Assembly: GCF_018977255.1 (NCBI RefSeq) | Contig: NW_024704742.1 | Coordinates: 25,980,001-26,040,000, forward strand | Direction: 5' to 3' | DNA from: Callorhinchus milii | Lineage: Eukaryota | DNA length: 60,000 nt | Part shown: piece by piece, positions 1 through 13,148 of the stretch | How the letters are laid out: each line of letters begins with the position of its first letter | Numbering within the stretch: position 1 is the stretch's first letter | Position numbers and translations under genes: made by a program | The notes under the pieces: generated by a model | Told to the model about the DNA's origin: nothing | Seen by the model: the letters and a program-made list of their open reading frames with translations, nothing else | Database searches by the model: none

Positions 1-294
1 CATAAAACATTGTTAAATCTCCTAATTCATGATTCTGTTATGGTTTTGTAAAATGACAAAATTCCAATGTACAGTATTTACTTAAAGATTTAGATTAGGT
101 CATCAATGAATCTCATGCTTCTTGTACTTATTTTCCGCTAAGGAAGAGCAAATTCTGAAGTCAGGATAGATCAACAACAACAACTTGCATTTAAAGATCC
201 TGTGGCATTATTTGAAAAGTGATGGGAGCTTCTCCCCATATCCTTGACAACACATCCCTCAAATAAAATTAACAACAATTTATATAGCTCCCAA

Positions 295-672
295 CAATTT
301 ATTTAGCATGTATATATAGTGCCCCTCAAAGCAGGATTAATCGAGTCATCAAAATGTTTCAAAGCACTTCACAAGACTTGCTGTGAAGTGGAGTGACGAT
401 GCATTTGAAGATGAGCGTGACAGCTAATTTATACATGGTAATGCCCCACAAACAGCAGTGAAGTGAATTAGTAATTTTACTTGGGAGATTGTTGGCCAGG
501 ACACCAGGAGAAATTCCATTCTGCTTTTGAATAGTGCCTTGGGTCTGTAACATACACCTGAACAGGCAGACGGTACCTCAGTTTAATGTGTCACTGGAAG
601 GATAACACCTTCAATAGTGCATCGCTCCATCAACACTGTATATGGATGTCAGCTTAGCCTGGAGTTGGGTCA
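295..672 (-). mobile_element. Degenerate Deu-domain SINE (SacSINE1-like)
   Basis: Contains ttggccaggacaccaggagaa, cacctgaacaggcagacgg and ctcagtttaa blocks shared with the fuller copy at 12712-13148. Confidence 0.7.
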
Positions 673-1555
673 AAATTGAAGCATGTGATGATAATACACC
701 AGTTATAATTATCGCAGCAACCAAAAGTAGTCAAACATTATCATTGAAAGGGAGGAGAGGGGGCAGATGGTCACCTTCAGGGCCAGTGATATTATTGGCT
801 GATTGTAACTGCAAGTTTAGTTAATAATTTAGTGAATAGTTATTGTAAATTTGACCCCAATAGTATGCATTGCTCTCATACAATAATATGATCCATCAAT
901 ACTGTCCAAATTATTATTAATAAGCATTATTTATGTTGAATTGATAAGAATGATCTGAAGAAACCTTGCGTTTGATATAGCGCCTTTCATATTAGGAAGG
1001 AGGCACAAAGCACTTCACAGAATTTACTGTAAAGATTGAGTGTATACTTTGGAGGTGATGCAGTAGCCAGTTTGCACAGAGTAATCAATGTCTTATGCAT
1101 AGTCAGTTGTAATAGCAATAATATGCAAAAGATAGATACAATGGCATATTATTTGAGTGGTGTGGATTTTAGCTTATTCCCTTCACATAATAAAGAAACA
1201 GACAAGTAACACATGGCAGCACAGTGAGAATTGAAAAGAAACAATGTAATTGAATTTCATGCTTTGACTGAGGGGGTAAAAATCTAATTTAGATTATCCA
1301 TTGAAACTAGATTAGATACAGCTGCAAACTGACCATGAAAGGGATATTGTTTCCTCTGTTGCTTGATAGGAATTGGGTCAATTATCTGTGAAACAAGTAA
1401 AGTTAGAAAATTCTTGATTAAAAAAAGTTGCCAAAATGTTAATGAATGAGAATAGGAGTAGGAATGGGAATTGAGAAAAGACTATGTTAATCTACTTGCG
1501 GAACTCTCTTTTGGATGAGAATTAAGTTAAAAAGAAAAGGTTCTCCTGCAGACCC

Positions 1556-2165
1556 ACAATGCCCGCCTCGTTCTTCTGCAAAACATTGCCTGACTCTGGC
1601 ACCGTCTCTTCCCTCGGGCTCTCATCATGTCATATCATGTCCATGTTTGGCTGTACCAACACTCTGTTTGCTGGATTCCCCAGTTCTTCTCAACACCAGC
1701 TGCAGTTTATCTAAAATGCTGCAGCTCGTGTCCTTTCCTGCACCAGGCTCCATCCTCGCTCGACTCCATTGGTTCCCTGTTCCCTAGTGGACTAAGTTCA
1801 AGATCCTCGTTCTCATGTCCATGGTCTTGCCCCCACCCTACCTCTGCAACCTCCTCACACCCTTCTGACCAGTTTACTCCCTTTACTCAGTAAGCACCTG
1901 TTGCTTCATGTCCCCCACCCTATCTGCTCCACCATCGGTGGGAGTGCTTTCAGCCTTCACAATATAATACAGCCTTTTCTGTAACTGCATCCCAGAGTCC
2001 CTCCAACTCACTCGAAACATACTTCTTTGACCACATGTTCGGTCATCCTTCCCTTCCCCAATCCTTCGGTTCCAACACCCAGTTCTGGTCCCTATCCAGC
2101 AATAAGAATGCACTTTAGGATGTCTTCCCGATGTGAAAAGTGCTATACAAATGTAAATTGTATTA
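1556..2165 (+). mobile_element. L2 LINE 3' fragment
   Basis: Encodes ILARLHWFPV-like ORF2 C-terminus and ends in the L2 tail gcactttaggatgtcttcccgatgtgaaaagtgctatacaaatgtaa. Confidence 0.8.
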
Positions 2166-2199
2166 TCTTGTGGGATTCATAAACAGTGTGTTCCCTGGA

Positions 2200-4050
2200 G
2201 ACAACAACAAAAACAACTACAAAATTACATTTGTAAAGCCCCTTTCATGTTGGGAGGATGTCCCAAGGCGCTGGACAGAGTTATGGACGCGAGTTGGGGG
2301 TCGGGATCAGGGAGGGTGGAGGGCAGGGGGGGAAGCAGGGAGATCGAAAACACAGTCGAAGAGGAGGGTTTTGAGATGGGTCTTGAAGGTGGCAAGGGAG
2401 GGGGCGAGGTGGAGGGACTGCGGGATGGAGGCAGAGTGGCAGAAGGCCCGCCCGCCAATAGTGGGGCGAGTGAGGTGGGAGATTTGAAGCAGGCCGGAGC
2501 CCGCTGAGTGGAGGGAGTGAGCAGGATGGTAGGGGGTTAGGAGGATGCAGAGGTTGGGAGGAGCAAGACCATGGAGGGCTTTGAAGGTGAGGACCAGGAT
2601 CTTGAACTGTATCCTCTGTGTGATGAGAAGCCAGTGGAGTTGGGCAAGGATGGGGGTGATAGGATCGCGGAGCCTAGTGCGGGAGAGGACACGGGCTGCA
2701 GAGTTCTGGATGATCTGCTGCCTGTGGAGGGAGGAATTGGGGAGGTCGATAAGCAATGAGTTTGCTAGTCGAGTCTCGATGTAATGAAAGCGTGTATGAG
2801 GTTTTTCGGTGGCCTGCGATGTGAGATAGTGATGGAGCCGGGTGACGTTGCGGAGGTGGGGTAAGGAAGAATGGGTCATGGTGCAGATATGGGGTAGAAA
2901 GGATAGTTGAGGTCAAACAAGACCCCATGTTCCGGACTGGCTTAGCAAGGTGGATTGTGCAACCATGGATGGTGATGGTGTCAGTGCCTGAGGTGAGGAG
3001 GCACTGACGAGAGCCAATCAGGAGAGCCTCGGTCTTGTTGACGTTCAATTGAAGAAAGTTAGGTCTCATCCAGGACTTGAAGTCCGACAGACATTCAGTC
3101 AGGACAGCAGTTCTCAACCCTCAAAGGTGTGGAGGGAGGGATGGGTAGGGGCCGGTGTGGGAGCAGGAGATGGGGAGGTGGTACAGATGCAGTGGTAGAG
3201 GCAGCTGAGTAGATTCCCTCACCTATGGATTCAAGGAAGTCCAGCATCACCTCGTGGTGAGTATGGGTGAGGCATGAGAGGGTGGGTGGAGGAGCCAGTT
3301 CGTGATGGAAAAGAGGAGCCTGGGGTTGTCCTTAGCCTCCAAGATTGTCTTGGAATAGAACAACGATTTAGAGTAGGTGAGGGCAGAGCGGTAAGATTTG
3401 ATATGGTCCAGCCAGATCTGCCGATGGACTATTAGGTTTGATTTAAGCTAAGTGCACTCAGTGGAATGCATCTGGGCTTTAAGGGAGTGGAGGTGGTTGG
3501 GGTACCAAGGTGCTTTACATGAATAGTAGATGGTTCGGGAAGAGAGGGGAGCGAGGGAATTGAGAGTGGAGGAGAGGGAGCTGTGGTAAAGACTGACCGA
3601 GGAGGATAGGTCATTGCGAGAAGAATCCAAGAGGGGAAGAAGTTCAGATGACTCCAGGGAAGCCAAGAGGCAGAGGTGGAGCCTTTTTTCCAGGGACGGT
3701 AGGAGATAGAGGTGGTTTGGCTGGCGGTGGGGAGAGAGATTGAGGAGTTAAGGGGGATGAAGTGATTGTCCAAGATTGCTTTGCCGATGATGGCGATGCC
3801 TGAGATGGTGAGGTCCCGAGTGATCGCCAGGTCGAGTGGGTGACTGCTGACATGGGTGGCGGAGGGAATGTGGAGGAAGAGATTGAGGGAGAAGATAAGG
3901 GAGGAAAAGTCAGCAGAGGTAGAGCAGGAGGGGCTAAAGTGAAGGTTGATATCGCCTAGGATGAGGAGGCATTCAGAGCTGAGCGAGAGGGAAGATAGGA
4001 GGGTGGAGATGTCAGGGATGAAGCTGGTGGAGGGCTTGGTGTCGATTTAG
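2200..4050 (-). mobile_element. L2 LINE with endonuclease and linker region plus ORF2 C-terminus; RT core deleted near 3115
   Basis: Minus-strand peptides QNSAARVLSRTRLRDPITPILAQLHWL, CLSDFKSWMRPNFLQLNVNKTE, KAPWYP and LILGDINLH; (TTG)n-type tail near 2200. Confidence 0.9.
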
Positions 4051-4279
4051 TCCTTGCTCCAGGACTAAACAACAACAAAATTACATTTGTAAAGGGATTG
4101 CCACATAGGGAGGACGTCCCAAGACGCTGAACCATTGACTCAGCTTGCCCCTGCCTTAGCAAATGCATTTATGAACTCTATTCGCTCTCCCCTTGTCCAG
4201 TATTATCCCACTTACATCTGTGACTCCAACTAAGTGTGATACTGGGATTATCCTGGGCAGAACCAAACCTAGTTTCCTT

Positions 4280-5305
4280 CTGAAACGAAAACAGAGAGAG
4301 CTGGGAACACTCAGCAGGTCAGGCAGCATCTATGGAGAAAAGAAAGTGAGTCAACTGTTTGGGTCCGTGACCCTTCGTCAGAAGTGGGGGATGTTGGGAG
4401 GGAGAGGTTTTAAGGCCTAACAGAGAGGGGAGGTGGAGCATGCAAAGACAAAGGAAAAAATGGGGTGGAGGACAGAGGGTGATGGATTAAAGAGGTGTTA
4501 ACGGTGCAAAACAAAGGAGGGCAGCAGAGGCAGACCAGAGAGAGAAAAGGTGTGTCTGGGACGCAGATGATGTGCTAATGGTCACAGAAGAAGGGGAAGG
4601 TAAGCTGTTATGGGAGATAGGAAGATGGGAGCTGTTCTTATGTTCGAAGTGGTTGAAATCAACATTGAGGCCAGAGGGCTGTTAGGTCCCTAACAGATAA
4701 ATGTGGTGCTGCTCCTCGAGCTTGCCGTGGATGGTGAGGTCAGAGTGCGAGTGGGAGGGAGAGTTGAAGTGGCAGTAACTGGAAGCTCAGGGTTGTGCTT
4801 GCGAACAGAATGGAGGCATTCGGCAAATTGATCACCCAATCTGCATTTGGTCTTCCCAATGTAGAGGAGACCACATCGTGAGCAGTGATTACAGTAAACT
4901 ACATTGGTGGTAGTGCACGTAAATCACTGTCTCACTTGAAAACTGTGTTTGGGGCCCTGGACAGTGGTATGGGAGGAGGTGAAAGGGCAGGTATTGTATC
5001 TCCTACACTAGCATGGGAAGGTGCTGGGAGAAGGAAAGTTAGATGTTAGTGGTGATGGAGGATTGAACCAGGGAGTCACGGAGGGAATGCTGAGAGGGGA
5101 GGGGAAGGGAAAGATGTGTTTGGTGGTTGGATCACACTGGAGGTGCCAGAAATGGGGGAGAATTATTCGTTGGACGTTGCTGCTGATGGGATGGAAGGTG
5201 AGGACTACTGGGACACTATCACAGTTCTGGGAAGAGGGGAAATGGGTGAGGGCAGAGGTGCGGGAAATAGGGCGGACACGATCGAGGGCCCTGTGTACCA
5301 CTGTG
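4280..5305 (-). mobile_element. Penelope-like element, 3' part (GIY-YIG endonuclease relic and terminal repeat)
   Basis: The minus strand of about 4800-4935 reads FTCTTTNVVYCNHCSRCGLLYIGKTKCRLGDQFAECLHSVRK. Upstream ORF has VPVVLTFHP. Terminal sequence ctcagcaggtcaggcagcatctatggag. Confidence 0.88.
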
Positions 5306-7219
5306 GATGGGAATTTCCAGCATCCACAGTATTTCGCGTTTTATCCAGTTTCCTTATGATTCCCTCCTTTTCTCCTTGGTTCCTAATTCATGGGTTGAGA
5401 AGAATGTCAGAATCGTACAGAAACGTTTGTACTGTTTTCAACTCATGTTTATGATGTTCATTATTTTCCCTTGCAGCTTGTGGCTGACTCTGATGGTTGA
5501 AAAAATAAATCATATTTAATTTAGGAAATCGAAATTCCATTCACTAAATAGCAAAGCCGAAATCATATTGGTGGTGTAAGTTGGGGAGTAAATTAAGACA
5601 AGAGGATAAAAATTCCATCCACATTTAGATTTACTCTATTTATGCAACATTTCAGACCATCAAGAATTTGGCACATTCTTAAATATAGTATATATAAACT
5701 AACCCTTGCATCTGATATAGTTCCTTATCACATTGTTGAGCCATCTCAAAGAGTTTTGCAAGATTTACTGCAAAGTGTTATTTCCCTTATGTTGCGCATT
5801 TTCAGTTTGAATAGCAGGTACAATAGTGAGTCTTACAGTATGGGGTCAGTAAGAACCAGACCATCTTAGAATTTACAGCTTGTTCTCGGTTTCTTCATTG
5901 CAGATTTAATAAAATGTGTTTGTACAGCAAATGCTTTGAGTCTCTAAAACCACTTGAGGCTTTCTTTCATGTCTTATGGCACAAACTATAGCTCACACAG
6001 CCCTCCGACTGTATTCAGCTATTTATTTTCCCACCTACAGACTGGATTATAATGAGGGGTTGGGTGAAATTTCTCACTTGTAGGAAGATGTAAACAACAG
6101 CTGTAAAAGTTGGCCACTGAGAGAATTTCCTGGCAGAGGCGTTTGACATTGTATGCCTCTGCCTGTCAAACATGAGAGTTGTAAAGCCTGAATGCGTTTC
6201 ACAATATTGTTTGATCGAATGCTCGCTGTAATGACAACATTTACTGTTGCTCTGACATCTACATGGTCTCTGCAAACTCAATCTCTCCAATAAAGCATAT
6301 GATGGGAACTCATTTTCAAGAGTTATTTTAAAAATAATAATTACATTAAACACAAGTGTGTATTACTTTAGTTATCCTAAACATGTGTTTCCTGCGATGG
6401 TGCTTTCAAAAAGGTGAATGAAAACATAATTATTTTCCTGCTGCCAAAATGTGATCAAAATGATACCTTTTGATATCAAATTATAGTTCAGATTCGATTT
6501 TTTGTTTCTGTCACGTACAAAGTAAATTATTTAGCATGACATATTTTTCCACTGTTTTGCTTTTAAGATTGTGGTCATTTTGGGGAGGGTGGAGAAAGTG
6601 AAAAAGGAATGCTTCACTATTTTGGGCACCCTTTGTCAGGATCAAGCTCCACTCTCTACCTCCCTCCCTAGGCAGAAAATACCCAGCTGTACAGTGAAAT
6701 TCCTCACTGCCCAATAATCTGCCTAAACTACAATCTCCGTAAAGAACCCCTCAGTGTGTTTGATTAGCTTCTGGGTCTAAGAGCTTGTAGCAGGAGGCTT
6801 GTTATTCAGAACTCACACATTTCAACTGCAAAGAAAATAACTGTAATTTTGTAGGTTCATTTCAAGCAAATCCTGCCTCATATTACTTGAGTGAAATCAC
6901 AGAATGAATCTGTTCTCTTGTTGAGATGTCTTCACTATTACACAGGAGGATAGAAAAGATCCCAGAGAGGATCCCATCTTTGACCCTTGAGCCACCGACA
7001 TTGAGTGAAAATGAAACAGTAATGAAGGAAACACAAGGAAATGAAATAACAATGAAGTGCAACAAAAGGCAATGTAAGAAACCGAAGAGAGTGAGCAAAA
7101 TCTCAGGCACCAAAAGAGAAGCAAAAAGAGTTGCAAAACAAAATGTATGCAGAATCCTTATGTCTAATATAAATATAGATTTAATGCTTTTGTTTGTGGG
7201 GATTTGTAGTTGGAGTCTA

Positions 7220-7670
7220 ATAAATAATAATCCTTGCATTTGAAAAAGAGTCTCATCACGTTTTCGAGACATCTCAAAGCGGTTTACAGAATATACTGTA
7301 AAGTGAATTGACTGTATATTTTGTGGGCAAAGCACACAGAAATATACCACTTTTCATGTCAGGAGGACATCTCAAAGAACCTCACAGGATTACTGCTTTT
7401 CTTTGTAGGTGAACACTCAAGCGAATTTGCAAAGCAATGTTCCATAAACAGCTATCCATAAAATGAATGACCAATTTATTTGTGGGCTTATTGACCAAGA
7501 TATCAGGAGAAACTCCCTTCTCTTTTAGACTAGTGTCATAGGATTCAGGTCACAGATCAACATCAACCTGAACAGCCAAATGGGAATCTCGGTTTGAGGT
7601 CTCATCCCAAAATGGCACCTCAAATAATTCAGCACATCTCCAGTATTGCATTGGAATGTTAGCCAAGAGT
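7220..7670 (-). mobile_element. Deu-SINE fragments (two tails and a SacSINE1-like body)
   Basis: Tail aataataatccttgcattt and body blocks ggagaaactcccttctc and cctgaacag...ctcggttt. Confidence 0.7.
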
Positions 7671-7699
7671 AGACTACAAAAGTTTCAATCATGACATAT

Positions 7700-7995
7700 T
7701 GAGTCCTGTATCATGTTGGTTAGAACAAGCGAGTAGACCTGGGTTCGATTCTTGCGTGTGGCGACAAGTTTCCTTACTCCACACACGTCTGTTCACCTAG
7801 CAGTATGTAAGAACCCAGTTGTTAGTCAATTGGGGGATCATTTTCCGGTGGTAAAAAATAATAATTTGGTCACTCACTCAAACGACTGTTTGTGGGACAC
7901 TGCTGTGCACAATTGGCTGCCGCCTTTCACCCACNAAAAATATATAAGGTTAATTCATTTTACAGAATATATCAAATGCAAGGATTATTATTGTA
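7700..7995 (+). mobile_element. tRNA-headed Deu-SINE, long variant
   Basis: Head gagtcctgta with B box gggttcgattc, aagtttccttactccacac, Deu core ctgtttgtgggacactgctgtgcacaattggctgccg, tail atcaaatgcaaggattattatt. Confidence 0.8.
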
Positions 7996-9449
7996 TTATT
8001 ACGGGGCTTAAACTCATATCCTGCTGCCTCAGGGTCAAGAATACTACCAACTGAGCCAGGCTGAAACACAGATTTACAGATTGCATAGGAACATAGGAAA
8101 TCATTGTTTTGTTTGTGCCTATGAGGCTTTTCAAGGTTTCTGAGAGGCTTGGTGGACAAAAATTACACCTATTTAGGGTTATTTATCGATCTTTTAGGCT
8201 CAACCACAGATAACCAAAGCCGAATTGAAAAGAATGCTATGTATGCAGTAGAGCAGACCTCTTGTGTAAATCAAACCCTATTTTCATCAACTCAGAGCAT
8301 CTCCGATAGGACTAGTGCCCAAGAAATCATTTGGGTATTCAGATTAGTCTCCATTCATCATACTTAGAAGTAAGTTGATCATCTATCTACATCAAAATTA
8401 GATCAAGCCCTGGAAATTATTCAGGGAATTATTCAGGGATAATTTCAAAAATTGTTGTGGGCGAAAGCTAAAATCAATTATCTTCTTACCTGCTGTGTCT
8501 TGTGCAGAGCTTTGAACAATCGAATGTTAAATTCAAGAGACAATTTTTTTTCACAAAAAAATTTATGACAGTGAGCTTAATTAGAATGTGCAGAACATTG
8601 AAGCAATTCTTCAGGGAGGGGTCATGGTGGATTTTAGACTATTATAACAGAATATGAGTATAGACAGACCTGATAAAGTATGGATTAATCCTCTGGGGAT
8701 CTATTTCAAACAGACCTCATCAAAAAGGGAACTGAGGGCAATGGATTAGGAGGAAAGAGACTGTAAATGAATATATACAGCACATATTTGCAATTGTTCG
8801 GGTTTGTATATCTTCATCTTTATTCCAGAACACAGAGAGACCCAGAAATATGCAAAAATAAAGTAATAATTGTTGAATTTGATATAGGCCTTTTCACGAG
8901 AAGAGGGCATCTCAAAGCATTTCAAAGAATTTTTACTCTGAAGTGTAGTAACTGTGTATTTTGTAGGCAATCGTAATAGCCAATATGCACACTGGAATGT
9001 ACCACAAATGGCCATGAAACCATCAATATCTTGTCAAGCTAATTGGACTCGTGGATTCAAAGTAGAGCCCTGGAACATGAAAGATTGCTTTCCACCATCT
9101 ATTCCCTTTCTGGTGATTAACATAGGTCTGGATGGCCCAAGTATTGGCATTTAGTCATTGAATCCTCATAAAAATAGTGAAGAAAGCCCAGAACTACTAT
9201 TTATACAGCCATCAACTCTTGTATTATTAAAATGTAGTTTTACTTCCGTTCTGCTAATTTTACAGTAGTGTTTTAAATGTTTCACAGCATGATACATGCT
9301 ACAATACTTCTGTGTTGGGACAAAAAAATTGATCCAAAAATTAGTTCTGCTAGTATACCACTTAATGGAGTCATGTGGAGTTGTTCTGTCATCTACAATT
9401 GCATTGTATTCATTACATTCAGCATAAAACAGCCTCTCTGGCTCAAATG

Positions 9450-9725
9450 GTAGGTGTTGGCCTGGCTCAGTTGGTAGGTGATAGCATAGCTCACCTGCTG
9501 CATTGCTGGAGGTGTCATCATACAAATGAGACATTAACCAAGGTCCCATCGGCTTATTCAGGTGGGACTTTTCAAAAAGAGAAAGGAGTTTCTCCCGGCA
9601 ACTTGGAAAATAATCTCCCAGATAGAAATTGGACATTCACTTTATGGGTATTTATGAGTCAATGAGGTGCGCAAGTTGCAAATTTCCCAATGTGAAAAGC
9701 ACTATATTAAATGCAAGGATTATTT
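9450..9725 (+). mobile_element. Internally deleted SacSINE1-like SINE
   Basis: Head gtgttggcctggctcagttggtag, body gagacattaaccaaggtccc, tail aaatgcaaggattatt. Confidence 0.65.
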
Positions 9726-10936
9726 TTTACACATGATCTGTCCACCCATGGGTTCCTTGGCTTCCTTCTCATTGCTTTTTTAGTTGTAATTTTAGTCATC
9801 ATCTTTAACATTAAATTACAGGGCAGTGGGTCAAATCATGTGAAAAATTGTTTGAGGTGTGGAGCTCTATTGAAATTGAACTAATGAATACGAAATCAAA
9901 CAGTGCACCATCCGCTTGTTAACTAGCAAAAAGAATTGGGATGGCTCGAGGAGAGATAAGATTTCGGAAGATATTAACAATAAAATCTGAATAAAAATTC
10001 AAAGAGAAAGAAGAAAAGAAAGTTAAAGATAAAAGCCTTTGAATTTTCAGCAATTAAAATTATAAAAAGCTGAAGTTGCAATAATACTAAAAGCCATTCA
10101 ATGCCTTATTAAGAGAATGGCAATTTAATTTAAAAAATCGCCTTTCCCCACTTCTGAATAATCATGTCTCTTCCAGTCTCAAAGTCATGCCCGAAGATTT
10201 CTCTGATGCTCTGATTGCAGCTTGCAAGCGAGGAGAGGGTCTTCTCTGGGACTATTTATGGGATACTGATCTAACTTGGATTCAGCAGGATAGTATCCCC
10301 AGAATCCTTCTTGGAATGTCCTCCTGACATGAACGGTGCTAACCAAATGTCATTTTGTTGTTGCTCACTTACAAAACACCCAGTCACTATACTTGACAGG
10401 ATATTCCGTAAAAGTGCTTTGAGATGGCCTCCTGACAAGAAAGATGTTATATCAAATGCATAGAATTATTATTATTATATTTAGGCTAGTACCCCTGGAA
10501 AGACCATTTGTTGGCACTCAAAAATGATCTGTGTTAATTTGATATTCAACATGCATTGTGATTCAACATTGGGTGTGATTTGGGTGGGACTGTTATTCAG
10601 AAGGAGGGCAGAGTAGTACATAAGAACCTAAGAATTGCTAGACGAAAGAAGACCAAGGTCCATCCAGTTCGCCTTCTACCATGCTGGCAGTCACATGCAC
10701 ACGTCATGTCCCAAACTATATACTGTATCCCCCAATATTATTTCTTAAAATAAATCTATCTGCTTGAGACATCTCAAAGACATAATAAGGCACTATATAA
10801 AATGCAAGGATTATTATTTCTTTGCTTTTGAAAGAATCAACACTTTCTGCTTCCACTGTTTCCCGAGGGTGCCTGTTCCGTACATTTGCTACTCTTTCGC
10901 TGAAATAGTAGATTCAAATTCAGTTTCTTAACATAT

Positions 10937-11203
10937 GGGTAGAAATTCCACCTGGCTCTACATTTACTCTATTTTGAAGTATTTTAGTTCTTTTAAAAAA
11001 AAACTTACAGAAAATCAATTTCAAAATTGAGGCTGGATTTGCCAAATTCTGGATGATTTGAAACTGATAACCGGTAAGTTTTTTTGAGAACCACAGAAAC
11101 AGTTTGAAGTTAAGACTGAATGTAATACCTTGTCAGATTCTGGATGCTCTGAACCACTGCATCAACAGAGTAAATCTAAAAGCAGGGGGAATTTCTCTAT
11201 CTC
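10937..11203. mobile_element. Putative non-autonomous DNA transposon (MITE) with about 30-bp terminal inverted repeats (TIRs)
   Basis: agaaattccacctggctctacatttactct (10941-10970) matches the reverse complement of 11167-11196 at 25 of 30 positions. A related end occurs near 5608-5638. Confidence 0.6.
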
Positions 11204-12711
11204 TCATGTAACATGTTTGGGAATAGCAGTTTAGATCTTAAATGTTATGAACTTGGCTGAAAGCAAGATGAGGAAATCTCACTGCCTGTTTAATAGTATC
11301 TTGTGACATTCCCTTGACATAAAAGGCAGTATACAAATGAAAATTTTTTGTTGTTCTTTAACTTCCCATTTATCTGTTTACTTCAGTTTAGATTAGCGTT
11401 GTAAATTGAGGTTATTTTATTTCTCCCTTTTCCCGATGTTGCTAATTCATATTCAAGAATGTCCTGGATACTGGTCATCTCTCTAATATCACTCAAGTGG
11501 CTGTTTATCATTTGTGAACCAAGACAGTAAGTGTCAGCAGAAGATTGCATCTTGAGTAGAGGGGAGAATCCCAGCGCTCCAATTCAAAACAACAACTTAC
11601 ATGTGTATAGTATAGTGCCTTTCCTGTTGGGTGGACGTTCTAAGGCATGGACAGTCATGGCTTTTCACCTGAGCTGAGGGTTGGGCTCAGGAGGGGTGGA
11701 GGGCAGGGGTAAGAGGTATGGTGCAAAACACGGGAAAGTTCTTTGGGGTTTTGCAGGAACTCAAGAAATATAGTATAATCGCAGTCAAACCAATGTGATT
11801 TGGTAATTTGGCTTTGGGTGATGAGATCATTGCCTCAGAGAGATTGTGCTTCCTTATTTACACACATTCAACTTTACAATTACATTTTTTTAAATAAATC
11901 TCATAAGGCACCAAGTTTAGGTTTTTATATTAGAGAAGCGCTCTCTTTTCTAGTTTTTTAAGCATTTCACTGGCAGTTGGATGCCAGTTGGGAACATTCA
12001 TACTTCCTGAATTTGACATTCTTCCATTCTGCAGTTAAACATCTTACTTCATGGCTATTTGTGAGGCATTTCTATGCAAGTTAGCTGCCACATTCACCTA
12101 CAAAATACACATCCTGCCACATTCACCTACCCCCAAGAGTAAATCCTGTGGATCACTTTGAAATGACCTCCTGACATATATATACATATATTAAATGCAA
12201 GGAATATTATTTTTATAAAATTCCATATTCAACAGCTAAAGGACAATACTTGGACAAGTTTAAAAGCCTCACTGACTCATGTGAAAATCTGTTCATTGAC
12301 CAAGCTTCCTCATTGACTCATATTGAAGCGTGAGATTTACTATCCTCACTTTAGCACACTTCACAGATTGGAATTTCATTCACCAATAAGAGGATTGTCA
12401 TGGGTACATGAGGATATAATACGCTTTGCACGTTTTGCCTCCCTGCAAAATATAATTTATTCCCTCCTTCCCTTCCCAGATCTGCTGCAGTGAAAATTGG
12501 TAGAGGCATAACTATGGCACAGTTTTCCAGAATGTTTTGAACTGATCCAAAAATTCAGGCTGCCTGAAATCTCATTAAAGGTGATAACATCCCTTTCTAA
12601 GGTTTGCAGATTGAAAGAAACTAAATTGTATGACACTTTACTACCTGAAATCTTTGGTGTTAAAATATGACCACTGTATACATTGTTACTTTAGCCAACA
12701 AGGGAACATAC

Positions 12712-13148
12712 TAATAAAAATAATCCTTGCATTTGATATGCCTTATCACATCATCAAGATGTCTCAAACCTCTTCACAGCATAAACTACAAAGTGGATTG
12801 AATGTACTTTTGTGGGCAAAACGCAGCAGCCAGTTTGCACACAGCAATGACCGACAAATAGCCATGGAGTGAATGAGCAATTTTATTTGGGAGATTGTTG
12901 GCCAGGACCCTGGGGGAAACTCCCTTCTCTTTCGAATATGGGATCGTAAACGTCCACCTGAACAGTGAAACGGGACCTCAGTTTAACTTCCCATCTGAAG
13001 GACGGCACCTCTAACAATGCAACACCTCCCACCAGCACTACATTGGAGTGTCATCTTAGACTATGCAATCCCAAGTCCCAAAGTGGGGCTTGAACCCACA
13101 ACCTTCTGACTCAGAGGGGAGAATGCTACCACCGAGCCATGCTAACAC
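12712..13148 (-). mobile_element. Near full-length SacSINE1-like Deu-SINE
   Basis: Minus-strand tRNA head (gtgttagcatggctcggtggtagc...tcagaaggttgtgggttcaagccccac), Deu core, and L2-type tail with (ATT)n. Confidence 0.85.
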
